NCBI RefSeq assembly: GCF_009914755.1
Contig: NC_060925.1
DNA from: the human T2T-CHM13v2.0 reference genome, Homo sapiens
Reading direction: 5' to 3' (one strand)
DNA length: 64,000 nt
The notes under the pieces: generated by a model
What the model saw: only the letters and a program-made list of their open reading frames with translations
The model's database searches: none
Told to the model about the DNA's origin: nothing
Translations under genes and position numbers: made by a program
In this document: positions 39,861 to 54,100 of the stretch, in pieces
How the letters are laid out: the number at the start of each line of letters is the position of its first letter
Position numbering within the stretch: position 1 is the first letter of the stretch

Positions 39861-41436
39861 GTTACCATGACTTTCCAATTCAGCAAATTTTCTGTAATAG
39901 GATGATTGAGAGGTTTGTAGTTCCATAATGGTGGCTGGCTATAATGATTACCTATAACTATATAATTGGGAATAAACTGAAACAGGTGCAAACTCTAATC
40001 AGCCCCAAATAACATCTTAATGACAAGTAGAGGACAAATTAAATGGAAGCAAAGTCGTAGGACAGAGTACAGAAAAGCATGGTGACAGGAGTTTCTTGTC
40101 TGTCTCTAAGGAAGTAGGATGGGATGGAGAGTCAATTCAATTTAGACAGAAGCTGAAGATCAAACAACAGAACATTTTAGCTTCTATTTTAACTATGTAT
40201 TTTACAGCTGGATTCCAAAGAAGATAAATAAATTATATTTGCACCTATCATCTTTTCAAATATCTTTGCCAACAAAGTCATTCAATATATTGAGTGTCCC
40301 TGTGGTCAAGATCTTACACATTTAATGTATGAAAGAGGAGAGACAAGGCCCTGCAGCAGAAAATCTCACAATTTGAGGGAGAAGAAATGGGAGCAAGGAG
40401 TTGTTTAAGAAAGACAAAATACATACAAAGTAATGTGTCCGCAAGTGGGAGCCATGATAGCTGTGGGTGTGGAGTTGCCACATGATGATGTTCCATGGCT
40501 GGCTGCCTGATCAAGCGGAGCCTCAAAGGTCATCTGTGGCTTGGTAGAGGCCTGGGTCCAGATCGGGCCCTTAACTTTTAAGTTTCAGAAACCCCATGTT
40601 GTAATCAGCCCACACAACGTTGACCAGGCCTCAAGGAATGGACTCTTGCCAACCAAACTCCCATAGTAGACTGATGGGAAAACCAGCATGCCAGTTGAAG
40701 TAATGTACCATCAGAGACACACCTTTCTAATTACTATGCAGGGGACCCCTTTCTGCTGTGTACCAGAAAAACTGAATTAGCATTTAGAAAACTACTTGTT
40801 AAACAGGAATCAGGGTAAAAGAAGTCTTCAGGAGTGTGTGGCTCAGATCGTTGGTACAGTCTGGAACATTTTTGCCATTCCCTGACACCCCTGGGGAAAC
40901 ACTAGCTAGATTCTTACTCTTCACCTCTCTTCTTCTAGGCTCCTTACAGACTCTTTCATGCCTTTAATTATCTTTACTTCTCATCAAATAACATGACTTA
41001 TTACAACTTACCTTGTCATTACTTTTTGTAATTTAATCTTCCAATAAACTTTGGGTATCTAATCTTGATGTAGCAAACCATGAAATCCTCAGCAATATGT
41101 TTGCAAAACCACCCCAAGGATGGGTTGCATCTGCAAGTGTTTAATCTCAATTTATATTGTGAAGATTCTTATGGCTTCCCCTTCAAATCCCGACACCCTT
41201 TGACCTTGTCCCCAAATTCCAGAGGTGCTATTATCCATACAGACATATGTTATAGATTCCAGAAGTGCTAGAAGATTCTGGAAGATAAGAGGAACTGAAT
41301 TTATATTGCTCTGAAACAGGATGCACAGAAAAGCAAGTCTCACACCACTCCTCTTTCATGTCTGATGCAGCACAAGTGTATAGACAGCTCATCCCTGGAG
41401 CTCATGATAACAGAGTTCCTTCTAGCCTACTTCAGT

Positions 41437-41791
41437 TGTAGTCAGCCCTAGCTACTATAACAAAATACCATAGACTGGGTGGTTTAAACAACACACATTT
41501 ATTTCTCACAGTCCTGGAGGCTAGAAAATCCAACATCAAGATACCAGCAGATTCTGTTTGGGTGAGGGCTCTTGGCTTGCAGACAGCCACCTTCTCACTG
41601 TATCCTCACGTGGTGGGGAGAGTGAGCTCTGGTCTCTTCCTCTTCTTATAAGGACACTAATCCAGTAATGGAGGTCCCACCTTCATGCTCTCATTTAAAT
41701 CTGCCAGAGGCACCACCTCCTAATAAATACCATCACACTGGGGGTTAGGGCTTCAGTATATGAATGGCAGGGGCACATTCAGTCCATAGCA
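41437..41791 (-). mobile_element. MLT1A-like MaLR solo LTR
   Basis: aacaaaataccatagactgggtggtttaaacaac..atttatttctcacagt..ttcagtccatagca. Confidence 0.8.
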
Positions 41792-41856
41792 AATGCCCAC
41801 CAGGTTCTGCTATACCAGATATTTTCTATTAAGTGGAGAAACTGTAGATAGTTTTC

Positions 41857-42169
<313 letters not shown>

Positions 42170-45100
42170 AACCGTAGATAGTTTTCAGTACACATACAAC
42201 CATTTTGGTTTTGGGGGCCCAAACAAAAGGTGGTACAGAAAGTTTGTTTTCTAACCAGCTTATTAAATGAGTTTCAAGTACAGAGTAAAGAAAATTAATG
42301 TAACTAAATCTTGGGACATGATTTTACTGAGGATTGTCCAGGGTCTTTTGAGGCCGCAATTAGAGATGAGACCAGACCTTTCCATTCCTCATCTGCTCTG
42401 CTGGACTCCAGAGCACTGCCTTCCTCCAAAAAGGAAAATTAGAAACAAATTCTCAAGTGGTTTGATAGTAATTCAGCCCAGCAAATTTTACTTTCCATTA
42501 AAAGTCACCAGCTGTCATGTGCTTAGCTTTAAATGGAAATAACTTGCTCTCAAAAAACATTTTTCAGTTGATGTCACTTGTGAGTTTTATTTTCTCCTAA
42601 TGAAAAATGGATTTGCATTAGTGCAACTTTGGGGACAGGAAACCCCTGGATGGAGGCCTGAGCTGGTGATCTGCCCCTGCCCTGAGGAAAGCTAATTACC
42701 GGCCGGCCAGCGTGGAAGATTGATGCTGCGGTCAGGAGGGGACTTTGGGGAACAGAGGGGAGGAGTGTTGATAATGGTCTGTCTTCTTTGCAGTGAGAGT
42801 CCCCACGGTGCTTCTTCCTTTAAAAAAAAAAGAAAAGAAAAGAAACGTAAAAAATGCTTTTAAGTGTTGAGATTTTGGAGAGGGCAGTGAATATTTTAAC
42901 ACGATTAATGTTTTTTAGGGAGGCAGCCCTTCTCAGCCTCTAATACTCCCGTGCTCAGAGCCTGTCACATCTGAGGCCTCATCCCTACAGAGCTCTCTGT
43001 GGAAGAAGACTCTCTGTGGCCCTCCACTGTGTTCAGGTGCCTCCCAGAATCTCTTGTCGGTGACAGCTGGAATGATCTCTTCATGACCCTCAAGAACAAA
43101 ACAAAGAGAATCTCTCGACTGAAGCTCCTTGAAGGCTGAACTAGTCCCTTACGCAGTCCTGCCTCTGTGGCACCTCACAGGAGAGCCAGGACACTCAGGA
43201 GCCCCCTGCAGTGGTCCTGGCAGACAGAGGAGGCAGGAGGGCAACGCCTAGAACCCTCGGCTTTCCCTACTGGGAGCCCCTGGTCAGGGTGGGCAGAGCA
43301 GACTCTTGAAGAGTCATTCCAGCAGGGGCCTGACCCACTGAAAAGAATGAATGGAGAGACCAGAGACACTGGGAGCTGGTGGAACTGGGAAACAGAGAAA
43401 GGGAGAAGCCAACAGCCACAACATTCACAGGCCCCCAGACTGAAAGCTGGCAGTGTACTTAAAACCGTGTCCTTAAGTGGGCTGTCTTGCCTCACCGGTC
43501 CCCTACATACATGCACACGCATGCACATGCACACACACACAGGCATCACACACCCACCTCTGGGGCACTGTCCATGAATACAGCAGCACTCAAACCTGGG
43601 GCTATACCCAAGTGCCATCCCAGCCTAGGCAAAGCTTCCCTCAACCCCCTGTCTCCATGCTCACAGAAAGGGCTTAGAAGTGTCCAAGAATTTTTGAATA
43701 ATGTTCTTGACAGACACCAAAGCTTTTTCCTCCTCCAGAGCGTGGAGGGCTGGGGCTGCCCCCAGGGAAGTCTCCCCTGGCAGCTCCTGTCTGAGCAGCT
43801 GGGGCCAGCTCCAGGAACACTAAATTCTGGCTGCGTTTCCAGTCAAGGCCGGGTTACTTTAGAATCCCTCTTCTCCCCCCTTGTCTTTTCAAGCAGGAGC
43901 CAGCCAAGGTATTCGTCATGTTTCCGAGCTACCCTGCTGCTTGATTTATGTGCACGCAGGGCTGGGACGAAGATGCCAGAGCGGGGTGAAGGCTAACCCC
44001 GAGGGTGAGGGGAAGTGGGGTGCTGGACTCTCCCGTCACCCCAGGGGCCACTGAAAGGGTCCCTGGTTTTTGTATCAACTGTGTTCAGCTCAAGGTTGGA
44101 GACCATGTGGACGCCACAGCCCCGGGAGCAGAGGAACAGAGACAACATGCTCTCCAGCTCTCTTGCTCTTGCTCTCTTTTTTGTGTCTCACACTGTGAGA
44201 TCTTGGCCATAAAAGGAATGAAGCTTTGCTTGCCCTCTCACTGGGCTTCTCCTAAAAGGGCTTTCCGAAAAATTTCCAGCCTTCTCCTTCGGGACACTGG
44301 ATGTGGTCTCTTTGGCCAAAGAGAAAACGAGTAACAGACGAAGCCCTTGCAGATGAGGAGGCCAAAACCGAAATGTTAATCACCTCGAAATATGTGCACT
44401 GCTCTCTCCAGTGCCTCGCTTGGCTCTCCTCAGAGGATCTTTGATGGGGGATTTTCCCCCTGGGGGTGGGGGATTTGCCATCAATATTTGGGAACACGTT
44501 TGAGGGTCCAACTTGCAATGACAAGATAATTGTCATTCAGTGTCTAACGTGCCTGTTGTGGTGACTCTGAATGGTTGAAATATTGATTGCAGCTCTTGGT
44601 TAAACTAATACTCCTACAACACTCCCATAAAAGCTCAAGATGCTGTCATCCAAAATGAATAAAAATGCCTCTTTTTATTCCACTGCATATGAAAACATGA
44701 GATCATTGGAATATATTTAGAGTGAGATTTGGCAGCCTATACATGTTTACAATTCTTGGACTCAAAGCTCTAACGTGAATCGGAGGCACTCTTTTTCGTC
44801 TTCGCCTTCTTTTCTTTCTCTAAGAAGGTGAATGCTGATTCCAAGAGTTCATAATCCCTTTTCTTCGTATTACCCAAAGTTAACCTTGCTAAGAGACTAA
44901 TGACATCCTCAGTTCCAATGGCCAGCTAGAAAGCCTGAGCCTTGACGTGTTAATGCAATGATTCAACCACTGACGTGGCTCCTCACCATCCATCACCCAA
45001 GGCAAAGCCTCCACTGGGCTTGAGAAGATTATCCAAAAGTCCTGCCGTTTCCTCAAGTCTTTGAACCATGACTGGGTCTGATTCTATTGGATAGAAGTCT

Positions 45101-45359
45101 GCAATGCCTTAGGGTCAATGACTCTTGTTATTGCATAGATTTTGGTTTCTTTCTGAAGGAAAGCATGGAATCCTTCCTACTCCAGGAGGAAGGCAGGAAC
45201 AGTGTGGAATCAACACAGATGCTGCCTGTGCTCTCCTTCCTTGTACTACCTCATCTCTAAGGGGCTGGTGCTTGACCCTGACTGCACATACGATCATCTG
45301 GACAGCTTTAAAAACACTGAGGCCTGGTCCCCAACCCCCAGCGATTCTGATTATATTGA

Positions 45360-45725
<366 letters not shown>

Positions 45726-45949
45726 CCTAATTATGTTTTTTAGAATTAACGTGCAGAGAAAAAAGATTTGGAAGAACAGTCACCAATATGTTAACTATCT
45801 CCAAGTAATAGAATTGAGAATTTTTATTCACTTATGTATTCTTCTGGGTGTCCTGAAAAATTTTTTGCAGCAAAGGACATTTCAACGAAACAAATTGATA
45901 GTATAAAGGAGGGGAAATGCTATTTTCCACTTAAAAGGAAGGAAGTTCA

Positions 45950-47110
45950 GGATACTCAAAATAGAACTCTTCATCTCCCTCCCTAACCTGACTCTCTTCC
46001 TGCATCCCCAGTTCTGAAAATAGCACCAGGTTCTCACCAGCCCACGTCCCACAGGCATCCCAGCCTCCTACCTTCCCTAAACCCATTCATCCAATTACTT
46101 ACTAAGTCTCCACATGCAGCTTCCTTCATACTTAAATTTCCTGACTCCTGTTCACACAGGTGCCACGCCCACTGCCTCTCAGTTTGGGTTTCCACTACCT
46201 TGCTTGCTACCGATGGGGCTAGGCTGGCTCCTCAGCATGCTCTCCGCCTCCATGCGGGCACCCTGCAGCCGTGGTGATCTTCCCTGAAACCCACATCCGC
46301 TCCTGCCACGGGCCTGTTAAAAACCTGCAGTGGGGCTGGGCGCAGTGGCTTATGCCTGAAACCCCGCACTTTAGGAGGCCAAGGTGGGCGAATTGCCTGA
46401 GATCAGGAGTTTGAGACCAGCCAGGGCAACACGGTGAAACCCCGTTTCTACTAAAAATAAAAAAAATAAATTAGCTGGGCGTGGTGGTGCATGCCTAATG
46501 CCAGCTATTCAGCTATTGAGGCATGAGAATTGCTTGAACCCGGGAGGCAGAGGTTGCAGTGAGATCGCACCACTTCACTCCAGCCTGGGCGGTACAGCAA
46601 GACTGCCTCCAAAATAAATAAATACGAATAAAAACCCGCAGCGGCCTCCTCATTTCCAGAGCACACTGGAGCAACTTGCATGGCTTCCAAGGCCCTCCGT
46701 GATCCGATCCTGCCCACCTTCACAGGCTCCGGCCTTGCAGCCCTTGCCCTGCACCCTCCCACCCACCATGAGCAACAGCTGGAGGTCCCCCCCCCCATGC
46801 ATCATTGTCTCCCTGACTCAGAGCCTTTGCCTGTGCTGCTCCCGTGCTTGGAACGCCCTTGCCTTCCCCATCCTGTTTCCCCCGGGTCATCCCTGCCACT
46901 TTACCGGCTCCTCAACACAGTCTCTTGCGTGCTCCTGCATGCTTTCACGCCTGTGTCTTTGCTTAGCGTTGGTGATTCCTCTTGTCTTTGTCTGTCTCCC
47001 CACTGCTGTCTGACTTCCTCGAGGGCCAGGAGCTTTCATCTGTGTCCAGGCACTGCCCATACTGCCTAGCATCTCCTAACCACTCAGTAAGCGAGTTAAG
47101 GACTGAGTGG
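45950..47110 (+). mobile_element. LINE-2 fragments interrupted by an Alu
   Basis: caaatagaactcttcatctccc.., cagagcctttgcctgtgctgctccc.., ccactcagtaag..tgagtggat 3' end. Confidence 0.65.
46334..46628 (+). mobile_element. AluS
   Basis: TSD taaaaacctgcagtgg / taaaaacccgcagcgg. Confidence 0.88.
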
Positions 47111-48239
47111 ATAATATTGATTCTTTACATTCATGCAGCTCTTTATGATTTTTCTAAGTACTTTCTTATGTGTGTTTGCGGTTGGGTTTTGTGCCCCTGA
47201 ACTTGTTTTCAGCAGTATTGCCTGCACCATCTGCATTCTCACTTGAGGCTGGCAGACAGGAGAGGTGGTGAAAGTGAGGTGCAGCATGACCCGGAGGGGT
47301 CCTGCTGCCCAGGTCACACAGCTGGTGCCTGGAAGACCCAACAGCCCTCCGTCTCCGCCTGTGTTCTCCCCCGCACCCCATGTCTCCCATATGCTGGCTC
47401 CACTGCGCTGGATTTGGAGACTGTGCTGGATCTGGAGTCTGCACTGGGTAGTTGCCCACAAAGAGATGGAGATTGTCAGCCACTTCAAATCCTGGCTTCC
47501 CCCTTTTCCTGTCATGCTTTTAAGCCAGGAGATACAAAGAGGAAACCACAGCTCTTGAGATGAGCTACTCAAGAGCATGCAGTCTTCTACCATCAACATT
47601 TTCTAGAGACGAAGCCGACTCAGTTTGTGTGGATTTCGCCTCTCTGGAGGAAACACAAATTCACTAATCCCTTCCATTTTAATCAAGCCTGGGAGGGAAG
47701 GGCTGCCAGGGGATCCTTTCCAGAACGTAGTCAGTGGGGAAAATGCAGAGCCCCTGCCTTCTGACTCACCGGCCAGCAGACCACTTCCTGAGACGGTACA
47801 TGAGGCAATGACTGAAATTGTGGCTGTGGCTCTGCCAATCAGCCGGATTCGGGAGATGTTTCTCTGAGGTAGAATGACATTAAAAGGGCCCTGTCCCTGG
47901 CACATCTAAAGTGATCCTCACCTGAGCCTTTCATTCAGTCTCACTCAGAGAGGGCTTCTCAGCTACTCTCCACCCAAGCAGGGCCAGAGGTGCACTTTCA
48001 CTACCCTTTTCCCGAGAAGGTACCAGGGTGGGGGTGGGAGAGACTGGGAGGACTACCCCCCATTCCCCGATTTCTGCTCAGATTATCCTACAAGCTAGAG
48101 TGTGAAGCCCTGGGATAGACACTGCCACCACAAGAGCAGAAAGTCATACAGCTGAGCTCAGTAAACTCTTAACCAGCAGCTACCATGTGCCAGATATTAT
48201 GCTGAGAGCTGATCAGATAGGGATAAATTAGACATGGCT

Positions 48240-48542
<303 letters not shown>

Positions 48543-48821
48543 AAATTAGACATGGCTCCTTGACCAGGCAAAAGAATGCACACATATACACAACCAATAT
48601 GTCCAGAAGATAGTGAAGAGAGGTACAAATCAGGTGCTGTGGAAGTTCAGGAAAGACTGTTTCCAGTTGAGAATTCGAGAAAGGCTTCTTGGAGGAGCTG
48701 GCATTATTTTAGCTGGAACTTGAAGTGAGGGTAAAATTGGGGCAGAAAGAATTATTGCTTGAGGGTTTGGGGGGATGGGGTGGTAAAGATAGTAAAGGCT
48801 TCTCAAGCTGCAGTATCTGTG

Positions 48822-48904
48822 ATTAGGTTGACTCACATGAAATTGCTGATAGTCTATCGGTATTGACCTACAATAACACCAACTTCAGATGGTCCAACAT
48901 CATA
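48822..48904. mobile_element. MADE2-like mariner MITE
   Basis: attaggttgactcacatgaaattg..ttcagatggtccaac, ~80-bp degenerate palindrome. Confidence 0.65.
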
Positions 48905-49076
48905 CTTCCTGGGTACAACATGGAAGTGGGAAAACACCACTTGTAGAGAAAAACCCAGGCCAAAGAAGTTCAATGTCTGTCAGCAACTGGTAAACTTACA
49001 CTAATTTAACCTTTTAATAATGTGTTGACAGAGATTGTCTAGGGATGGCATTTTCTACTTTCTCAAAACAGGACTA

Positions 49077-49367
49077 GGCCGGGCACAGTGGCTCACGCCT
49101 GTAATCCCAGAGCTTTGGGAGGCCAAGGCAAGTGGATCACTTGAGATCAGGAGTTTGAGACCAGCCTGGTCAATATGGTGAAACCCCGTCTCTACTAAAA
49201 ATACACAAATTAGCTGGGCGTAGTGGCGGGCACCTGTAATTCCAGCTACTCAGGGAGCTGAGGCAGGAGAATCACTTGAAACCGGGAGGCGGAGGTTGCA
49301 GTAAGCCGAGATTACGTCACTGCACTCCAGCCTGAGTGACAAAGTGAGACTCCATCTCAAAAAAAAA
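49077..49367 (+). mobile_element. AluS (Sz/Sx-like)
   Basis: Full dimer + poly A. Confidence 0.9.
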
Positions 49368-49406
49368 GGATTGGTGTTATAGTTTGTCTATTGTCCAAAG
49401 ACCAGT

Positions 49407-49765
49407 TCTATTAGTCTGTCCTCATGCTGCTAATAAAGACATACCCAAAACTGGGTAATTTATAAAAGAAAGGGGTTTAATCGACTCACAGTTCTACATG
49501 GCTCGAGAGGCCTCGCAATCATGGTGGAAGCCAAAGGGGTAGCAAGACATGTCTTATATGGCAGCGGGCAAGAGAGCATGTGTAGGGGAACTCCCCTTTA
49601 TAAAACCATCAGATCTCGTGAGCCTTATTCACTATGATGAGAACAGCACAGGAAATACCCACCTCCATGATTCACTTACCTCCCACCGGGCCCCTCCCAT
49701 GACATGTGGGGATTACTACAGTTCAAGGTGAGATTTGGGTAAGGACAGAGAGCCAAACCATATTA
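49407..49765 (-). mobile_element. THE1-family MaLR solo LTR
   Basis: gctgctaataaagacataccc..aaaaccatcagatctcgtgag..gccaaaccatatta; perfect 5-bp TSD ccagt (49402, 49766). Confidence 0.88.
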
Positions 49766-49819
49766 CCAGTCCAAGTGAGACTTTGCACTTCACAACTGGA
49801 CTGAATTTACAAGTCACAG

Positions 49820-50060
49820 GAAGGCAGTATTGTACCCCGAGTCCGAAATATTTGAGTCTACATTCCAACACCACTGCATATGAACTGTGTGATCAGCTTC
49901 ATAACTTTCTGAGGCTTGGTTTTCTCACCTGGAAAATGATGACAAAAATAATACTTCCCTTCCTCACAACGTAGTTGAAATGATTAAATGAGATGGTGCC
50001 TGTACACTGCTTAACACAATGCTGGCCTATAGGCAGCACCCAGTAGCTGTTTGCAGGGTC
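49820..50060 (+). mobile_element. MIR
   Basis: ctgtgtgatc..tttctcacctggaaaatg..aaatgagat..cttaacacaatgctgg. Confidence 0.7.
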
Positions 50061-51908
50061 ATCATTTATGTCAAGAGCACAATGAGCACTGAGGGATGAC
50101 CCCATGTCCACGAGTCACAAAAAGAGTTGCATCTTTGCGTCTTAGAGCCATAGTGTGTTTCGATGGAGGCAGCAGGACGGTCGCCTATTTGAGCACCTAT
50201 TTTAGTCTTAAGTAGAAAAGGGAGAAAGAAGATACAAGAAAATATGTGATGCTTGAGTTTCTCAGGTTAGAAGGACAAGAAGCTCCACATGATCCCATTC
50301 AGCCATTTAGTTGCTTTCAGCCTCAGAGCAAACCTTCTAAGGAATTTCATATTCCCAGGTCTCTCCTGGCAGGCACGCCTGGCTCAGAGGTAGATTTTTT
50401 TTTTTTTTTTTTTTTTTTGAGCAAAAGGGTTTCTGCAAGGTACCAAGTCAACCACCCTGGAGTGGTTCCCAGGAAAGCAGTGGTGATGGCTTGGGCACCA
50501 GAGGCTCGGGAAAAACAGGTGCTCGGCTTTCCAGGAAAAGAAATCTTGGCCACTCAGAGGGGAATCTGAAACCAGAGAGGTAAGGTAGCTGAAGCGCATG
50601 TCCCAACCAAGCCTGGGACGGGCCAGGCACCTGGGCAGGACTCCTCTCTGCTGCACCAGGCGGGCGTGGGCGCTTACTTTCTTGGTTCCCGAAGCACTCT
50701 CCTGCTGGGGATGGCGACAGTGACCACCCTTAGGAAGACTGGCTTGCATCAGTACGGATTTTTAAGCAATACACAGCATTCTAAAGTCAATAGGGTTTGT
50801 GATGGGCGCTGCTCCGAGTAAGGAAGCGGGTGTGAGGGCACAGTCTCTGGCAGCCCCTCCTGACTGCTGCCTGTCCTTGGTGAACCGAGGGGAGGCAGGG
50901 CGTGCAGGGGCCGGCTCTGTCTTTCGGTTCCCAGGGCTGACTCAGCAGGCATCTTCCCCTGTGTTTCTCTTCATCTTCCCTCCCCTCCCTTCTAACAGGA
51001 GTTGGTGGAGCTGAGGGCAGGGACAAGTTTTAAATGCTCTGGGATGGCGCCGTCTTTGGGAAAAGAGAGCCTTGTAAAAGCCCCGAGAGCAGTTCTCTCT
51101 GCAGCCCTAAAAATTTTCCCTGCAGCTTGAATTTTTCATTCAAGTCACCATTTCCAGTCCTGCCGACAAGTCAGAAAATGGCTCTGACCGGGAGCAACAG
51201 CAGAGACAGAGGGCGGCCCAGAGACAGCGTGGTCTGATGCAGGGACACCTTGGAGCCATCCCAGAGCCCTGGGGACCAGTTCACGCTGTGATATTGGTTC
51301 CTCCCTCCACAATAGAGGCAGGCGCAGGCCAGAAATCCTGCCACACCGGAGTGGAGCTTCAGGCCTCAGCACATGAGGGGTCTTCTCTTTAATTCCCTGT
51401 CATCCGCACGCGCCCCCTGCTGCCCCTCACCTCGCCTCATCCAGGGAAGCTCTGCAGACTTTTCCCTCTAACTTCAAAGACGGCATCAGCCGCCACTTGG
51501 TCCCACCATGACTGTCCTTGAGGCACAAAACTACCAGGAGAGATTAGTTCTGCAGAAGCTGAGAGAGGGTCCGGTCCACACCAGGCTCTCCTCATTCAGA
51601 AATGAGTGAATGTGCAGGCCCAACTCAAGGACCTCAAACTGTAGGGGAGAGGATGGGAGGGGAGCACAAGGAGGGGCCCCATGGGGTCAGACACCTTTTC
51701 CTAAGGTGTTCAAGCACTGTCTGTGCTGGCAGCAGCCCCAGGAGGTGATATTTCAGTTGAAAACTGGAAAGGAGCCAGGGTAAGGGCAGTGTATTTGCAG
51801 AAGACCAGGAGGTAGAAATTGTGACTGCTTTGGCATCTGGGTGAAAACAGGAAGTAACACAAAATGAGCCTGGAAAAAGGATGGGAGCAAGATCAGAAAT
51901 GGACTCAC

Positions 51909-52230
51909 GGTTGGGCACAGTGGCTCACGCCTGTAGTCCCAGCAGTTTGGGAGGCCAAAGTTGGAGGATTGCTTGAGGCCAGGAGTTTGAGACCAGCCTG
52001 GGCAACATAGCAAGACCCCATCTCTACAAAAAAAAAAGTTTTAAATTAGTGAGGTGTGGTGGCACATGCCTATAGTCCTAGCTACTCCAGAGGCTGAGGT
52101 GGGAGGACTGCTTGAGACAAGAAGTTTGAGGCTACAGTGAGCTCAAACAGTAGAGTACAGTAGAGCCACTGTACTCTAGCCTGAGTGACAGAGCGAGACC
52201 CTATCTCTAAAAAGGGAGAAAAAAAAGAAA
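51909..52230 (+). mobile_element. AluJ
   Basis: ggaggattgcttgaggccagg J-type diagnostics; TSD agaaatggactca / agaaatggcctca. Confidence 0.88.
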
Positions 52231-52245
52231 AGAAATGGCCTCATA

Positions 52246-52468
52246 TGTGGTGGTGTGCTGGTCAATGTTTAACAGGCTGTGGACAGGGGGTGGGGGGGGC
52301 GAGTGCTGATTTGTAATGTTTGTACCAGTTTCTGTGGTGTTAATATTAGAATACCTCCCATTGTGGTTGACTTCACTCTACCAATGGTTTAATATCTGGC
52401 TCACCAAAATTCCTGCAAATTTAACAATCAACTTGCAAGCTGATAAGGGCTGGCTCGAACACGCCTGC
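52246..52468. mobile_element. MER63A-like hAT-Blackjack element
   Basis: gtggtgtgctggtcaatgtttaaca..ctgatttgta..aaaattcctgcaaatttaacaatc..gctggctcgaacac. Confidence 0.65.
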
Positions 52469-52849
52469 ATCATATGTCACCTGTTACCTTTTCACCCACT
52501 TCCTTGTCACAACATCCCTAAGCAGTCCTTGGAGGGAGGGGAACCACATTAATGAAGTCACTTCAGGCTGTTGCCACAAGTATCTCAGTCTCACTCACCT
52601 CCCCCTGCCCATGGCTGTTCCTTCTTTCTGTCCCTCATGGATGCAGGCATGGACATTTTTCCTGGAGTTTCATAAAAACCACTCACGTAAGGCATTTATA
52701 GTGTAGCCAACTTATAAAAACAAAGAAGGTTCACATCACAGCAATGCTACTCACATCAAATGAAATATTAAACACCCTATTAAATTTTTCCTTGGCCATT
52801 GACACAATCCTGGGCTTTGATCTTCTGCCATATTGCCTTTTCCCCCATG

Positions 52850-53068
52850 CTCTCCAACCTTGGTTGACCCTTTTCTCCTTGACACTCCCCTCAAAATGCT
52901 TCTAGTCCATCATAGAGAGCAATGCGGCCCTCCCTAGCCACCTCCGCCCCAAGTCCTGTGTCCACCCTCTCCAACCTTGATTGACCCATCTTCCCTTGAC
53001 ACTCCCTCAAAATACTACCATGGAGAGAATGTGGTCCCTAGCCACCTCCACCTGGTACACAGTCCTGC
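52850..53068 (+). repeat. Diverged two-copy tandem duplication, period ~117 bp
   Basis: ctctccaaccttg-ttgaccc..ccttgacactccc..tcaaaat..tccctagccacctcc..agtcctg starting at 52850 and 52967. Confidence 0.85.
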
Positions 53069-53276
53069 ACTGTTCATGTCATATTCAAGGCGCTGCAAAT
53101 CTGTAGAATTCCCAGGCATGGAGAGGAATACCAACTACTGTTTACACCTGGCTCAATGCCCATTTATTAATCTTATGCATTTTTAACAATCATCACTCCT
53201 TAAACTATGAACATTACTCTAAATATTCACACACTACATAGCTAGTACATCAAACACGTATTTCAAACAAGGTCCG

Positions 53277-54095
53277 ATTTCACACCTATTAGAATGGCCA
53301 AAATCCAAAAACACCAAATGCTGGCAAGGATGAGGAGCAACAGGAACTCTCATTCATTGCTGGTGGGAATGCAAAATGGTACAGCCACATTGGGAGACAC
53401 TTTGGCAGTTTCTATAAAACTAAACATACTCTTTCTGTATGACCCAGCAATCATGCCTCTTGGTATTTACCCAAATAAATTGCAAATTAATGTCCATTTA
53501 AAAAAAAAAACCGCACACAGATGTTTACAGCAGCTTTATTCATAATTGCCAAAACTTGGAATCAGCCAAGATGTCCTTCAGTAAATGAATGGCTAAACTG
53601 TGGTATACCCAGACAGTGAAATATTATTTAGTGATAAAAGCAAATGAGCTGTCACGAAAAGGCATGGAGAAGACTGCAAAGCCCATATACTGTATCATTC
53701 CAACGATATGACATTCTGGAAAAGGCAAAACTATGGAGACAGTAAAAAGAACAGTCGTTGCCAGGGACTAGGGGTGAGGGAAGGATGAATAGATGGAGCA
53801 CAGAGGATTTTTAGGGCAGTGAAAATATTCTGTGTGATACTGTAATAGTGGATACATGTGATTATACATTTTCCCAAACTCATAGAATGTACAACACCAA
53901 GAGTGAATGGTAATGTAAACTGTGGACTCTGGGTGATGATGCTGCGTCAGTATAGGTACCACTGTGATTTGGGAAGTTGACAGTGGAGGAGATTGTGTGT
54001 GAGGGCAGGGCATATATGGGAATTCTCTGTATTTTCTGCTCAACTTTGCTGTGAACCTAACATTGCTCTACAAAATACAGTATATTAAAAAAACA
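53277..54095 (+). mobile_element. L1MC-type 3' end
   Basis: ORF2 C-terminal remnant and 3'UTR ending aactttgctgtgaacctaa..tattaaaaaa. Confidence 0.8.
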
Positions 54096-54100
54096 AAATT

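Noticed and set aside
43167-44334. Cluster of 100-170 aa ORFs on both strands
   Set aside because: Expected in GC-richer sequence; no recognisable protein similarity or [14 protein letters not shown] structure
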